Below the pieces are notes generated by a model, which ran no database searches, was not told where the DNA came from, and saw only the letters and a program-made list of their open reading frames with translations. Below are positions 38,332 to 48,880 of a stretch of DNA of 64,000 nt, piece after piece (positions within the stretch are counted from its first letter, which is position 1; each line of letters starts with the position of its first letter). The DNA comes from Candidatus Bathyarchaeia archaeon. Lineage in GTDB: Archaea; Thermoproteota; Bathyarchaeia; Bathyarchaeales; Bathycorpusculaceae. Location of the stretch: contig JAVYWL010000002.1 in assembly GCA_038727135.1 (NCBI GenBank), positions 32,001-96,000 on the forward strand, given 5' to 3'. Both the position numbers and the translations under genes were made by a program.

Positions 38332-41208
38332 TTGAAAGAGCAGCCCAAAAATGCTTTTGACCTTCTAGTTAAGCCTGTTCGCCGCTTGATTGAGCAGAGG
38401 GGATTCTCTAAACCAACAGAGCCTCAAGAAAAGACTATTCCGCTCATCCTTGAAGGGAAAAATGTTCTGCTTATTTCGCCAACAGCGACCGGCAAGACTG
38501 AAGCCGCCTTCTTACCCGTTTTGAGCATGCTATTGCAGGAGCCACACACTCCAGGCATAAAAGTGCTTTACATCACGCCTCTGAGGGCTTTAAACCGGGA
38601 CATGTTGGAACGCCTTGAATGGTGGTGTAACAATCTAGACATTAAGCTGGCTGTTAGGCACGGCGACACAGAAACCCGCGAACGGACAAGGCAAGCGCGG
38701 AGTCCACCGGACGTTTTGATAACAACGCCTGAAACTCTGCAGGCTATTTTGGTTGGCTGGATTATGAGGCAACACTTGCAGCAAGTCCGCTGGGTCATAA
38801 TTGATGAAGTTCATGAGATGGCTGACAGCAAACGTGGAAGCCAGCTTGCCCTAAGCCTTGAAAGGCTCAGAACAATGATTGGGAGAGACTTCCAAATAAT
38901 AGGCTTGTCAGCCACCATTGGCAGCCCTGAAAAGGTAGCTCAATTCCTCGTTGGAAACGGCCGTCCAATAGAGATTGTACGAGTTCCAGTTGCCAGAAAA
39001 ATGCGTCTCAAAATACTTTTCCCAAAGCCTAAACCAGAAGACTTTAGACTGGCAGAACAGCTTTACACGCACCCAGAGGTGGCGGCCAGGCTTAGGGTTA
39101 TCCGCGATTACATAAGCCGCCATAGATCGGTTCTTCTCTTCACAAATACACGCGCCATATCAGAGGTTTTGGCAAGCCGTTTCAAAGTCTGGGACATAGA
39201 CTTCCCAGTTTCCATACATCATGGCTCTTTGGCCAAGCCCTCCCGTATAGCAGCAGAAAGAGGCCTAAAAAATGGCGAGTTGAAGGGCTTGGTTTGCACC
39301 AGCAGCCTAGAGCTTGGCATAGATGTAGGCCGCATAGACCTAGTCATACAGTACATGAGCCCCCGCCAGGTTACAAGGCTTATCCAACGGGTTGGAAGAA
39401 GCGGCCACAGAATTGGTCACATAGCCGAGGGAATAATTGTAACAATGGATTCTGATGACACGTTGGAGGCTTTGGCCATAGCAAGACGCGCCCTAAAAGA
39501 GGATTTAGAACCAGTCGAAATTCCGCCAAAGCCTTATGATGCTTTAGCTCATCAAATTGCTGGGCTACTCCTAAAACAGAAGAGGCTTGAGTTCGGCGAA
39601 ATCTTGGAAATGTTTAGGAAAGCCTACCCATACGCCGACCTAACAATGGAAGATATTGAAAAAATTTTACGATATATGCATGAACGCTTCCCTAGACTTG
39701 CGTGGGTTTCCTTTGAAGACAAGGTGGTTCTGAAACCAAGAAGAACTAAGGCGCTTTTCGAATATTATTTTGACAATTTGTCCATGATACCTGAGGAGAA
39801 ACAATACCTGGTAGTGGATGAGACAACAGATCAAGCTGTGGGAATTTTAGATGAAGCCTTCATGGCGGAGTATGGCAAGCCAGGAATAAAGTTCATAATC
39901 CGTGGAAGCCCATGGCGAATCCTCCACATATCAGGTGACAAGGTCTACGTAAAGCCGGTTGACGACCCTACCGGGGCTATTCCAAGCTGGATAGGTGAGG
40001 AAATCCCAGTGCCCTTTGAGGTTGCCCAAGAGGTCGGCTACATCCGTGGTTTTGTTGAAGAGCAAACCCGCAAGGGCCTGCCCCCACAAGAAATTGCATC
40101 TAAACTTAGCGAAAGCTATCCGGCAGAAAAAGAGACAATTTTGGACGCTTTAGCCGAGACCATTGAGCAGGTAGCTGCTGGAATACCTGTTCCAACGGAT
40201 AATCGAATAACCGTCGAAGATTGGGAGGACTTCGTCATAGTCCATGCCCATTTCGGTTCTCTTACGAACAGAGCTCTAGCCCAGCTTGTTGGGCAACTAC
40301 TATCCGAAAGGGTTGGGTACGGCATAGTGGTTCAACACGACCCGTACCGTATATTCATACAAACAATGGGTGCTGCAGACGCTGACCAAATTGTCACATT
40401 GTTTGATGAAATGGCTTTAATGGGCGAGCAAACCGTCAGAGACACTTTGACAAGGGCCACTGTTAAGACTGGCATTTTTAAGAGGCGGATGATTCACGTG
40501 GCAAGACGCTTCGGCGCACTGGAGAAGTGGGCTGACTTTAGCAATGTAAGCCTCCAAAGACTTTTGAAAAGCTTCGAGGGAACCCCAATATTTGAGGAAG
40601 CCCTTAAAGAGGTTTTCACAAAAGACTTGGACGTTGAAAGGCTCGTCCAGGTTTTAGAGAAAATCCGCAGGGGCGAAATAGAAATTGTTAAGGTTGAAAC
40701 TGGCGGAACTGCCACCCCAGTTGCTCGTGTTGGCATTGAACGCGTCAGCATGAAAACAGACCTCATCCCACCTGAAAGGATGCGAGCCGTGCTCATAGAA
40801 TCCGCAAAAGCAAGGCTGTTGAACGAAACATGCAATCTCATCTGCACAAACTGCTGGAGTTACGCGGACATGATACGCGTCAAAGACTTGCCAGCAAAAC
40901 CAAAATGTCCAAAGTGTGGCTCCGGAGCCATCGGGCTTCTAAGGGTTGAGGAAGAGAAGGTCATGCCACTGGTGGAGAAGAAGGGCGAAAAGCTCACAAA
41001 AAGCGAGGAGAAAATTCGGAGGCAAGCCCTACAAACAGCCCGCCTAATAGAAAAGTATGGCAAGGCGGCGGCGGTAGCCCTCTGCGCAAGGAAAGTTCAA
41101 CCATCAGACATTAAGGAAGTTCTTGAAAAGGAAGCAATGCTCACGGATAGGTTCTATGAGCTTGTTTTAGAGGCTGAACGCAAAGCCATAAGCAAAAGAT
41201 TCTGGTAG
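38332..41208 (+). CDS. lhr: Lhr-like SF2 DEAD/H helicase with C-terminal Zn finger
   Basis: PTATGKT, DEVHE, LSAT, HHGSL, SLELGID and QRVGRSGH motifs; IPSWIGE; C-terminal CTNC..CPKC. Confidence 0.92.
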   Translation: MKEQPKNAFDLLVKPVRRLIEQRGFSKPTEPQEKTIPLILEGKNVLLISPTATGKTEAAFLPVLSMLLQEPHTPGIKVLYITPLRALNRDMLERLEWWCNNLDIKLAVRHGDTETRERTRQARSPPDVLITTPETLQAILVGWIMRQHLQQVRWVIIDEVHEMADSKRGSQLALSLERLRTMIGRDFQIIGLSATIGSPEKVAQFLVGNGRPIEIVRVPVARKMRLKILFPKPKPEDFRLAEQLYTHPEVAARLRVIRDYISRHRSVLLFTNTRAISEVLASRFKVWDIDFPVSIHHGSLAKPSRIAAERGLKNGELKGLVCTSSLELGIDVGRIDLVIQYMSPRQVTRLIQRVGRSGHRIGHIAEGIIVTMDSDDTLEALAIARRALKEDLEPVEIPPKPYDALAHQIAGLLLKQKRLEFGEILEMFRKAYPYADLTMEDIEKILRYMHERFPRLAWVSFEDKVVLKPRRTKALFEYYFDNLSMIPEEKQYLVVDETTDQAVGILDEAFMAEYGKPGIKFIIRGSPWRILHISGDKVYVKPVDDPTGAIPSWIGEEIPVPFEVAQEVGYIRGFVEEQTRKGLPPQEIASKLSESYPAEKETILDALAETIEQVAAGIPVPTDNRITVEDWEDFVIVHAHFGSLTNRALAQLVGQLLSERVGYGIVVQHDPYRIFIQTMGAADADQIVTLFDEMALMGEQTVRDTLTRATVKTGIFKRRMIHVARRFGALEKWADFSNVSLQRLLKSFEGTPIFEEALKEVFTKDLDVERLVQVLEKIRRGEIEIVKVETGGTATPVARVGIERVSMKTDLIPPERMRAVLIESAKARLLNETCNLICTNCWSYADMIRVKDLPAKPKCPKCGSGAIGLLRVEEEKVMPLVEKKGEKLTKSEEKIRRQALQTARLIEKYGKAAAVALCARKVQPSDIKEVLEKEAMLTDRFYELVLEAERKAISKRFW

Positions 41209-41300
41209 AAGGGCTGAAAGACTTACAACAACTTTTAAATGGGAGACCACGTTAATCTGGGTGAGCACAACTTTCAGCAACAGTGGAGAGATAAAGAAGT

Positions 41301-41627
41301 TTGGAGATAAGCCGAAAAAGACTCCGAGAAGAAGTCCTAAACAGGATAAAGTATGTTAAAAACTGTGTTTTGGCAAGGGAACTATGCCTCCTAATCAGAA
41401 CAAACAGAGCCGTCCTCGAGCCAAAAGATGTACAGGAAATATGCCTCTACATTTCAGGCTTATGCAAGGAGGAAGGATGCGAAGAACCAAGCGAGCTCTG
41501 CCGAAAAGCAGCAGAAGCCGTGGGCGCAGGAGACGAGGAGAAATATTTGGAGTTATGCGCTCAAAGCGCTATGAAATGTGGAGAGTCCAGACGCCCAACA
41601 CCTAAGAGAGCCACCTACGTTGCCTAG
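41301..41627 (+). CDS. Cys-rich helical hypothetical protein
   Basis: 108 aa with 8 Cys; GGAG upstream of the TTG start. Confidence 0.7.
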   Translation: MEISRKRLREEVLNRIKYVKNCVLARELCLLIRTNRAVLEPKDVQEICLYISGLCKEEGCEEPSELCRKAAEAVGAGDEEKYLELCAQSAMKCGESRRPTPKRATYVA

Positions 41628-41672
41628 CGAAAGGGAAAATCTTTAAAAGAATAAAGTATCGGTAAAACCAAA

Positions 41673-42164
41673 ATGGAGGCATGCTCACTGTTCATAGCCC
41701 CATATGTCCCAACACCCCTCCCCGTCGTCCGTCACATGCTTATTTTAGCACAGCTGAAACCCGGCGAGGTTTTCTTCGATCTTGGCGCGGGAGATGGCAG
41801 AACAGTAATAATGGCTGCTAAAGAGTTTGGCGCAAGAGCGGTGGGCGTAGAACTACGCGAAGACCTTGCAAAAAGAGCCCTAAGCACGGTCTACGAAGAA
41901 GGGCTTCAAGACAGAGTGACAATAGTTAACGGCGACATGTTCAACGTTGACCTCTCATCAGCTGACGTTGTATTCCTATACCTAACCACAAGCGCCAATG
42001 AAAAGATAAAGCCAAAACTCGAAGCTGAACTTAAGCCGGGAGCCCGCGTTGTCTCCCACGACTACGAAATAGTGGGATGGAGACCATTAAAAGTTGAAAA
42101 CTTCTGCGAAAACCCAAAGCTTGGATACCCATCCCACACAATATACCTTTACAAGAAAGTTTAA
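41673..42164 (+). CDS. Class I SAM-dependent methyltransferase (archaeal protein-lysine MTase-like)
   Basis: APYVPTP, DLGAGDGR, VFLYL and GARVVSHD motifs. Confidence 0.88.
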   Translation: MEACSLFIAPYVPTPLPVVRHMLILAQLKPGEVFFDLGAGDGRTVIMAAKEFGARAVGVELREDLAKRALSTVYEEGLQDRVTIVNGDMFNVDLSSADVVFLYLTTSANEKIKPKLEAELKPGARVVSHDYEIVGWRPLKVENFCENPKLGYPSHTIYLYKKV

Positions 42165-42191
42165 GCCCCCTAACAAAGACTGGGACAAGGC

Positions 42192-42605
42192 ATGCCCCAA
42201 TCATTCAAAACATTATACAGAGTTTTGTGGCTGGACACCGATGCAGCCCAAATAGTCCACTTCCTAAACTTTTTCAAGTTTTTCGAAATAGCCGAAGAAG
42301 AGTTCTACCAGCATCTTAAACTGATAGACTTGTTTGCCTCCAAAGATTTGATAATGCCCAGAGTTGAAGCCTTCTGCCAATATCGGAAACCAGCAAAGTT
42401 CAACGACCTACTGGAAATAGAGCTAACAGTGGATGAAATGAGGGAAAAATCCGTAAAATATAGCTTCAAAATCTACAATAAGGAAACGGCGGAACTGCTG
42501 GCAGACGGCTACATTGTGGCTGTCGCCGCAAACAGACGCACACTGAAAGCCATGGAAATCCCAAAGGAAGTTGCTGAAAAACTCAAAGCCTATTACAACG
42601 GCTAA
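42192..42605 (+). CDS. Acyl-CoA thioesterase (YbgC/4HBT hotdog fold)
   Basis: DTDAAQIVHF.N..FFE and Y.KPA.F.D motifs. Confidence 0.88.
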   Translation: MPQSFKTLYRVLWLDTDAAQIVHFLNFFKFFEIAEEEFYQHLKLIDLFASKDLIMPRVEAFCQYRKPAKFNDLLEIELTVDEMREKSVKYSFKIYNKETAELLADGYIVAVAANRRTLKAMEIPKEVAEKLKAYYNG

Positions 42606-42685
42606 GGAGGGAAAATAAACCTTTAATCCGAGACCTTAAACTTCAAAATTTTGAAAAACCAGTAAAGGCTTAAGGGCAAAGGGCT

Positions 42686-43201
42686 ATGCTGTTCGTTCCA
42701 TGGCAGTACATTGCAGACTGGAAATGCAACACTTGCGGCTTATGCTGCAAAGCCTACAGCGTAGTCCTAAACTTCCAAGAATGGCTAAAAATAGTAAAGA
42801 ACTACGGCGTAGAAACAACAGTTTCAGGATTAAACAAATTATACTTGCGAAGAAAAAGCGACGGCTCATGCATATTCCTCTATAAAATGGCAGACATGCA
42901 CCTATGCGGACTACAACACATGAAGCCAGCAGCTTGCAAACTTTGGCCCTTCAAAATTTTAGCTACACCAAAGTTTGGATACGCAAGAGAAGCCTTGTAC
43001 CATTACGGCGGAAAAGCATTGTACATATATGCTGACTCCACATGCACCGGAATAATCTACGGGAGACCATCATGGGAGTTTGCAAACCAAACCCTAAAAG
43101 AATTTATAGAAATCGCCATAGGAATCCGCAGCGACCAAAAAAGAAGCAAAGCAAACATAGATTTTATCCAACAATACCCATCAATAAGACGGCTTTTTTA
43201 A
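42686..43201 (+). CDS. YkgJ-family CxxCxxCC protein
   Basis: CNTCGLCC, CIFL and C..Q..KP..CKLWPF motifs. Confidence 0.85.
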   Translation: MLFVPWQYIADWKCNTCGLCCKAYSVVLNFQEWLKIVKNYGVETTVSGLNKLYLRRKSDGSCIFLYKMADMHLCGLQHMKPAACKLWPFKILATPKFGYAREALYHYGGKALYIYADSTCTGIIYGRPSWEFANQTLKEFIEIAIGIRSDQKRSKANIDFIQQYPSIRRLF

Positions 43202-43227
43202 GCAAATTTTGTGGTTAACGCTTTGCT

Positions 43228-45024
43228 TTAGATGGACTGCATTGGGTAGCGTTCATATTGAAGTTCATAAAGCTTCTTCAACTTCTCAACATTGTCTATT
43301 TCCTCTATGGTTTTGTCTGTTCTGAAGCGGACTATTTTTGGCACTCTTAGGGCGTAGCCGCTTGTGTACTCGTCTGTTTCTTGAATCTCTTGGTATGTTA
43401 CCTCCACAACAACCGTTGGCTTTACGAAGACTCCTTCGTCGTCTTCGCTGGTTTTTGTCTTTTCAATAACCGTTGCAAGCGCGTCCATGGTTTGTTCTGG
43501 TAGGTTGGATACTTTTCCGATGGTGTAGAGTTTTTTCTCTTTTGGATCTCGCACTGCCAACATGAAAGACGAATAGAGCCCCGCGCGTCTCCCCTTTCCG
43601 TATAGGGCTTTTACTATTGTGCAGTCTATTGTGTCGCGTTCTGGTTTCAGTTTAAGCCATGTGTAGGTACGCTGTCCAATCTCGTATGGAGAGCTTAAGT
43701 CCTTTACAACTATGCCTTCAAAGCCTTTCTTTAAGGCTTCGTCGTAGAAGCGCATCAGTTCAACTTCGTTTTGGCATTCAACGCCCTCAGCCAAATATTC
43801 TGGCGGGACAACCTCTACTAGGTATTTGCGCCTTTCTGAAAGTGGCAAGCCTATGAGTTCCCGCCCGTTTAGGAAGAGTATATCGAAGGCTCTGTATGTG
43901 ACGCGGACTTTCTCCATTCTTTCTGCAAGCTCTTTTGGTGTCAGTTCTCTTGGCACCGTTCTTTCGAGCATTACCTGGAAGGGCAGCGGGTTGCCGTTTG
44001 GGTCTACGGCTAGGACTTCGCCGTCCACAATGCAGCTTTGGGCATTAAACTTCCTGGCTATTTCAACGATTTCCGGCAGCGTTTGAGACTTTTCAACTCC
44101 TCGCCTTGAGAAAATCCATGTCTGGGTTCCCCACTTGTGAATTTGAAGGCGACTCCCATCAATCTTGTATTCTGCCCTAGCCGGATAGACAACTTTGTCC
44201 GGCTCGTATAGGTGGGCCAGTTGGGGTCTTATGAACTGTCCGGGGCGCATTTTCACTTCTGCCAGTTTTGGCAGTCCTTCTGAGGCTAGGCTTATTCCTT
44301 CGGCTATACCCATTATGGCGCATGCGTTTTGGATTAGCTCCACTGGAACTTGGTAGGCTCTTGCCGCGGCTTTCATGACTGTGCTTGCATAATAGCCAAG
44401 TTTTAAGTCGCCCAGAAGAAGCCGGACAATGTATTTTGCTTCTTGAGGTGTTGCAATCCGCAGCAGACTCGCAACGTAGAGTTCGCGTTCCTTAACGCCT
44501 TTCAGTCTTGGCAGAAACTTAATCGCCTCATAAACCTCATTTACGGATAGCTTTGGCTCTGAAGGCTTTTTAAGGAGATAAGCCACTTCCCCGTGTTCCC
44601 CGTAGTCGATGAGGAATTTCCTAACCTCGCTTTTTGAAACGCCAGTTGCTAAGCTTAGGCTTCGCTCCACCAAGCCCGGTCCAACTTTTAGGCTTTCATC
44701 AGTTATTATCCCGAGGGCTAAGCGCGCCTTAACCTCAAGGGAAAGCTCAGCTGTTTTGAAGAATTTAGCTAGTTCTGTCTCTTTTCCCTTTTTCCCGCGG
44801 AGCACCGCCAGCCGCTCATAAACCTCAACTATCTTTGAGAAGGGCATGTCTTTTCTAGGCTCTTTTCCTTCCATGTATAGGCGTATGAGGTAATATGGTA
44901 TGCCCGTCCGCCATTCTATCTGTTCTGGGGAGAAACCAGCCTCAATTAAGCGGAGAACAGCCTCCTTCTGCGAGCCGTAAGTTTCTATCAGTTCTTTTAT
45001 GGTGGGCGGCTTAACCACCGACAT
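43228..45024 (-). CDS. lig: ATP-dependent DNA ligase with atypical N-terminus
   Basis: Motif I EYKIDG, III VDGE, IIIa AFDIL, IV EGIVVK, V WLKLK and VI LRVP....RTDK. Confidence 0.9.
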   Translation of the reverse strand: MSVVKPPTIKELIETYGSQKEAVLRLIEAGFSPEQIEWRTGIPYYLIRLYMEGKEPRKDMPFSKIVEVYERLAVLRGKKGKETELAKFFKTAELSLEVKARLALGIITDESLKVGPGLVERSLSLATGVSKSEVRKFLIDYGEHGEVAYLLKKPSEPKLSVNEVYEAIKFLPRLKGVKERELYVASLLRIATPQEAKYIVRLLLGDLKLGYYASTVMKAAARAYQVPVELIQNACAIMGIAEGISLASEGLPKLAEVKMRPGQFIRPQLAHLYEPDKVVYPARAEYKIDGSRLQIHKWGTQTWIFSRRGVEKSQTLPEIVEIARKFNAQSCIVDGEVLAVDPNGNPLPFQVMLERTVPRELTPKELAERMEKVRVTYRAFDILFLNGRELIGLPLSERRKYLVEVVPPEYLAEGVECQNEVELMRFYDEALKKGFEGIVVKDLSSPYEIGQRTYTWLKLKPERDTIDCTIVKALYGKGRRAGLYSSFMLAVRDPKEKKLYTIGKVSNLPEQTMDALATVIEKTKTSEDDEGVFVKPTVVVEVTYQEIQETDEYTSGYALRVPKIVRFRTDKTIEEIDNVEKLKKLYELQYERYPMQSI

Positions 45025-45053
45025 TTGTTTTTATCACGGCCCACTAGTGCATG

Positions 45054-46304
45054 CTATTTTGTTTCAGCTTCTGGGGTTTTTGGTATTGGTTCTATTGCCC
45101 TTAGGAATCCGTCCTTTGTTATGTCAACTCTTATTCTTCGGCGTTCAAAGTTGCACATTCTGCAGTCCAAAACGCGGACTATGCGGACGAATTCCCCTCT
45201 GTCAACGCCTAAATCCACTTGCTGGTCATACCAGTAGACGCGTCCATAATCCACTATTATTGTTCCGTCTAGGTTGTGGGCTAGGCCTATTCCGCCCGCC
45301 ATATCGTAGCTGTCCCAAACTTCCGAGCTTCGCTGGTTCACGTAGAGGGCTGTTATGCCATGCACTTGGTTGTAGCGGGCCAGCTCCATGACGCGGTATT
45401 TTAGGGCTCCACGGTAGGCTTCCAGCACCGTTACAGAGTCTATTATGGCTAGTTCAATCTTCTCTTTCTCGGCCACATAGCGATATGTCTCCGCAAAGGT
45501 GTTCCAGTCGCGGAGCTCGGGATAAGCCACAGTATCCAAAACGAAGAGGTTTTCGCGTATCTTATTCCAGTCCAAGCCTAGAATGTCAGCTTTCTGCTTA
45601 AGTCTAGACTGCAAATCAAAACGTGGGGTGGCGCTTTTCCAGGTGTCTTCAGCCGTTGCATAAAGCACTTTTCTCCCAGAGGCGGCAACTCTTACGGCTA
45701 TCTCCTCAACAAGTATGGATTTTCCGGCTCCAGGCAAGCCTGTGATGGCGAATTGTCCACAAATTGGGATTCCTCCAAGGCTCTTCCCGTCTGGTGTTAG
45801 GAAAAGCTGGTCTAGGAAGGTGCCTGTTGGAAAGCCAAGTAGAGGTTTTTTCGCTTCCACCGCTTCGTCTGGCTTAAGCACAAGAGTGCTTAGCTTTTCT
45901 TTGCCCTCCTCAATCTTTGTTGTCATGGGCTTTGTGGCAAGCTCCCACTCATCCGCTGGTGCCTTAGCACTTTTCAAAGCTTCGGCGAGCGTCTGAGCCA
46001 TAGCCCTCACAAGACTTTCTATCTCTGGAGCAGTTGTCTCCGGCTTTAGCTGCACTGCAGCTTCTGAAGGTTTCACAGCGGCTTCAACGGGTTTTTCTAC
46101 TGGTTTCGGCTTTGCCTCCTCGACGGTGAGCGCCCATAATTCTCCTCGACGCTCCACAACCCCCTTGTTTTTAAGGGACTGCAGAAGCGCATAGGCGGAT
46201 TTTGGTCCATACTTCGGTATGCCTAAACCTTCTGCAATCTCGCTTAAAGAGGTCTGTCCGCCATGGGCTTTGAGAAACTCAACTATGTCATTTTCCTCAA
46301 CCAT
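45054..46304 (-). CDS. KaiC/RecA-superfamily ATPase (AF_0795-like) with N-terminal winged helix
   Basis: GGIP, Walker A GLPGAGKS, Walker B IIDS and AGG.GLAHNLDG; N-terminal wHTH followed by a Pro/Glu/Lys linker. Confidence 0.82.
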   Translation of the reverse strand: MVEENDIVEFLKAHGGQTSLSEIAEGLGIPKYGPKSAYALLQSLKNKGVVERRGELWALTVEEAKPKPVEKPVEAAVKPSEAAVQLKPETTAPEIESLVRAMAQTLAEALKSAKAPADEWELATKPMTTKIEEGKEKLSTLVLKPDEAVEAKKPLLGFPTGTFLDQLFLTPDGKSLGGIPICGQFAITGLPGAGKSILVEEIAVRVAASGRKVLYATAEDTWKSATPRFDLQSRLKQKADILGLDWNKIRENLFVLDTVAYPELRDWNTFAETYRYVAEKEKIELAIIDSVTVLEAYRGALKYRVMELARYNQVHGITALYVNQRSSEVWDSYDMAGGIGLAHNLDGTIIVDYGRVYWYDQQVDLGVDRGEFVRIVRVLDCRMCNFERRRIRVDITKDGFLRAIEPIPKTPEAETK

Positions 46305-46391
46305 AAACTTTCCCAGTTTAAAGGCCGACCCTGTTTTCTAAATATTTTTGTAAAAGTTTAGGCTTTTAAATATACCCCTCTATAAACGACT

Positions 46392-46835
46392 TTAAACATG
46401 CCTTTCAAAGGGCTTAACAAACTCTATAGATACGCTTTTGCCTCTTTTTCTCCATCGCTGCTTTCTTAGCTGCTCCCTAATCATGGCTAAGGCGTTTTCC
46501 ATTCCGAAGGGTTTCAAAAGAAATGGATATGGCTTCTTGCTGACTTTGCCAACCATCTCTTTAACTCGGCGAAGTGAAGGCTTATCAGCAACAACTATGA
46601 TTTGAGTTGAAGGCGCCACCTTACCAATCTTTTTCAGAAAAACTGTTAGTTCAATGTCTGTTATAGAGTAATCTACAATAGCAATGTTGGGATGCTTTAC
46701 CTTGGCTATTTTTAGGGCTTCTTCCCCCGTTTTTGCCGTTTCAACCACGTAGCCCACATACTCAAGAACCGTCTGCAGAATCTTCCTTACGCTGTCATTG
46801 TCGTCGACAACAAGGATTCTGGCACTTTCACCCAT
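46392..46835 (-). CDS. Response regulator receiver (atypical)
   Basis: ILVVDD, AIVD and LKPF motifs; the conserved Thr/Ser is replaced; AGGAGG before the ATG. Confidence 0.85.
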   Translation of the reverse strand: MGESARILVVDDNDSVRKILQTVLEYVGYVVETAKTGEEALKIAKVKHPNIAIVDYSITDIELTVFLKKIGKVAPSTQIIVVADKPSLRRVKEMVGKVSKKPYPFLLKPFGMENALAMIREQLRKQRWRKRGKSVSIEFVKPFERHV

Positions 46836-48751
46836 ACCTTTTCCTCCTTTACTCTTTCTGTTTTAGGCTTAACTGGAAATGTCACCGTGAAAGTTGTACC
46901 CTTATTTGGAGCGCTCTTCACAGTAATCTTGCCGTTGTGCGCCTCCACTATGCGTTTGCATATGGGCAAGCCGAGCCCCAAACCCTTAGCCTTTGTCGTG
47001 AAAAAGGGCATCCAAAGCTTTTCTAAAACCTCCTTTGACATGCCCACCCCGGTGTCTGTGAAGGAAATTTCCATAAAATCATCGCTTTTCCTGCTGGATA
47101 TTGTTAGTCTTCCACCTTTCGGCATTGCAGCAATAGCATTCTTAATTATGTTAACGAAAACTCTCTTCATCTTTTCCTTATCTACAACTACTGGGTCGTT
47201 TGTAGTTTCATTAACAACCACGATTTTTCTAGGGACTTTTAAGGTGGATAATGCCTCCATAAGCAAAGCCTTTGGAGTTGTTTCCGCGAGGTTAAGCTTG
47301 ATCTCTTTTGAATAGTCAAGCAAGTCTGCAAGAACATTGTTGGAGTACTCCACATCCTTCTCAATTATTCTAAACATTTTTTTGGCTTTTGCATCCATAT
47401 GCCGCCACAGCTTCTTCTTCAAATAATAAATGGCTCCGGCGATGCTGGTCAATGGATTCCTCAAGTCGTGACCAACCATGGCTGCCACCTGACCGATAGC
47501 GGCAAGTCTCTCCGCTCGGAGAAGTCGTTCCTGAGCTTCTTGCAACTGCTTTGTCCTCTCTTCAACAAGAACTTCCAGCCGTCTGGAATATTCTTCCAGT
47601 TTCTCCCGCATTTGCTCCTTTTCAGTGACGTCTCTGGCAATAATTAGAACACCAGATATTTTATCCCCAACTCTGATAACAGACGCGGAGCTTTCTAATT
47701 GGCGTACTTTTCCATCGCTACCAACAACGGTGAAGTTGGCAGAGCTGATTTTGCCTTCTAGAGCGTCAGAAAATGCGGCAATAACTTTCTGCAATTCATC
47801 GTTTGGAACTGCATGCAGTTCGGTGAAATGCTTTCCAATAATTTCCTCCTTTCTACACCCTAAAACTTCTGAAGTTTTTCTATTTACATCTAAAATTTTC
47901 CCGTACTGGTCTAAATAAATAAAGCCGTCCTCGGCGTTTTCAAAAATATTTCTGAATTTTTCTTCAGATTCCTTAAGGGCTGATTCCATTTTTCTACGTT
48001 CAGTAACATCCATGATGATTGCTAGGGCGCCAGCATAGCTTCCATCTTCATTCCAGAGGGGTGAGGCTGAAACTTGGACAAAGCGAGGCTTTCCATCTTT
48101 CCGGTACAAGGTTAGCTCATAACGGCTGACAAGCCCCTTTCTCCTAGCCTTGTTTTCCTCGGCTATCTTCCTTAAGCCCTTCTCGTCAACAAATCTTAGA
48201 AGATTCATGCCTTGGATTTCTTTCTCGCTGTAGCCAAGCATTTCGGCGAAGGCTTTGTTAGCGAAAATTATGTTCTCGTTGGGGTCAACTATTGTTATTC
48301 CTTCCATAGCGTTTTCCAGAAGCATTTCAAAACGCCGATTTGTCTCTTTTAGACGCGCCTCCATACGCTTAAGCTCTGTAATTTCCGTCATTAATGCTTG
48401 AAAACCTAGGGTCTTGCCGCCGACAATGAACCGAGTGGGCTTAGAAATGAAATAGCGAACTTGTCCACCTTTACATATAACACGGAACTCTAAGGCTCGA
48501 GGCTGCCTTTTTAGGGCGATTATCTTTAGGAAAAGGCGCATAACCCTAAACCTGTCTTCTGGATGGAGAAACTCCATGAAGGTTCTGCCAACAACTTCTT
48601 CTGGTTGACAGCCCAAGACATCAGCCAACGCCCTATTAACATAAACGAAACGTCCTCTAGTGTCTGATATGGCTATGGGCAAAGCCGCATTCTCCACCAA
48701 ACTTTTGAAGGCTTCAAGACCCGCCAGAGCCTCTTTTAACTTCTTGTCCAT
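46787..48751 (-). CDS. Multi-PAS sensor histidine kinase
   Basis: Three PAS/PAC repeats, H-box HDLRNPL, N-box NIIKNA, DTGVG, PFFTTK and GLGLGL; alternative TTG start at 48778. Confidence 0.93.
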   Translation of the reverse strand: MDKKLKEALAGLEAFKSLVENAALPIAISDTRGRFVYVNRALADVLGCQPEEVVGRTFMEFLHPEDRFRVMRLFLKIIALKRQPRALEFRVICKGGQVRYFISKPTRFIVGGKTLGFQALMTEITELKRMEARLKETNRRFEMLLENAMEGITIVDPNENIIFANKAFAEMLGYSEKEIQGMNLLRFVDEKGLRKIAEENKARRKGLVSRYELTLYRKDGKPRFVQVSASPLWNEDGSYAGALAIIMDVTERRKMESALKESEEKFRNIFENAEDGFIYLDQYGKILDVNRKTSEVLGCRKEEIIGKHFTELHAVPNDELQKVIAAFSDALEGKISSANFTVVGSDGKVRQLESSASVIRVGDKISGVLIIARDVTEKEQMREKLEEYSRRLEVLVEERTKQLQEAQERLLRAERLAAIGQVAAMVGHDLRNPLTSIAGAIYYLKKKLWRHMDAKAKKMFRIIEKDVEYSNNVLADLLDYSKEIKLNLAETTPKALLMEALSTLKVPRKIVVVNETTNDPVVVDKEKMKRVFVNIIKNAIAAMPKGGRLTISSRKSDDFMEISFTDTGVGMSKEVLEKLWMPFFTTKAKGLGLGLPICKRIVEAHNGKITVKSAPNKGTTFTVTFPVKPKTERVKEEKVWVKVPESLLSTTMTA

Positions 48752-48880
48752 GCCGCCTCTTCCGCAACTTTTAGTCAAAATTTCAGTGCGCCAATGATTT
48801 AACTTGTATGAATGTGGAGTCTAGATTATTACTAACAATACATATTCGGAATCAGAATCCAACTTTGACGAGGCTTGCTG

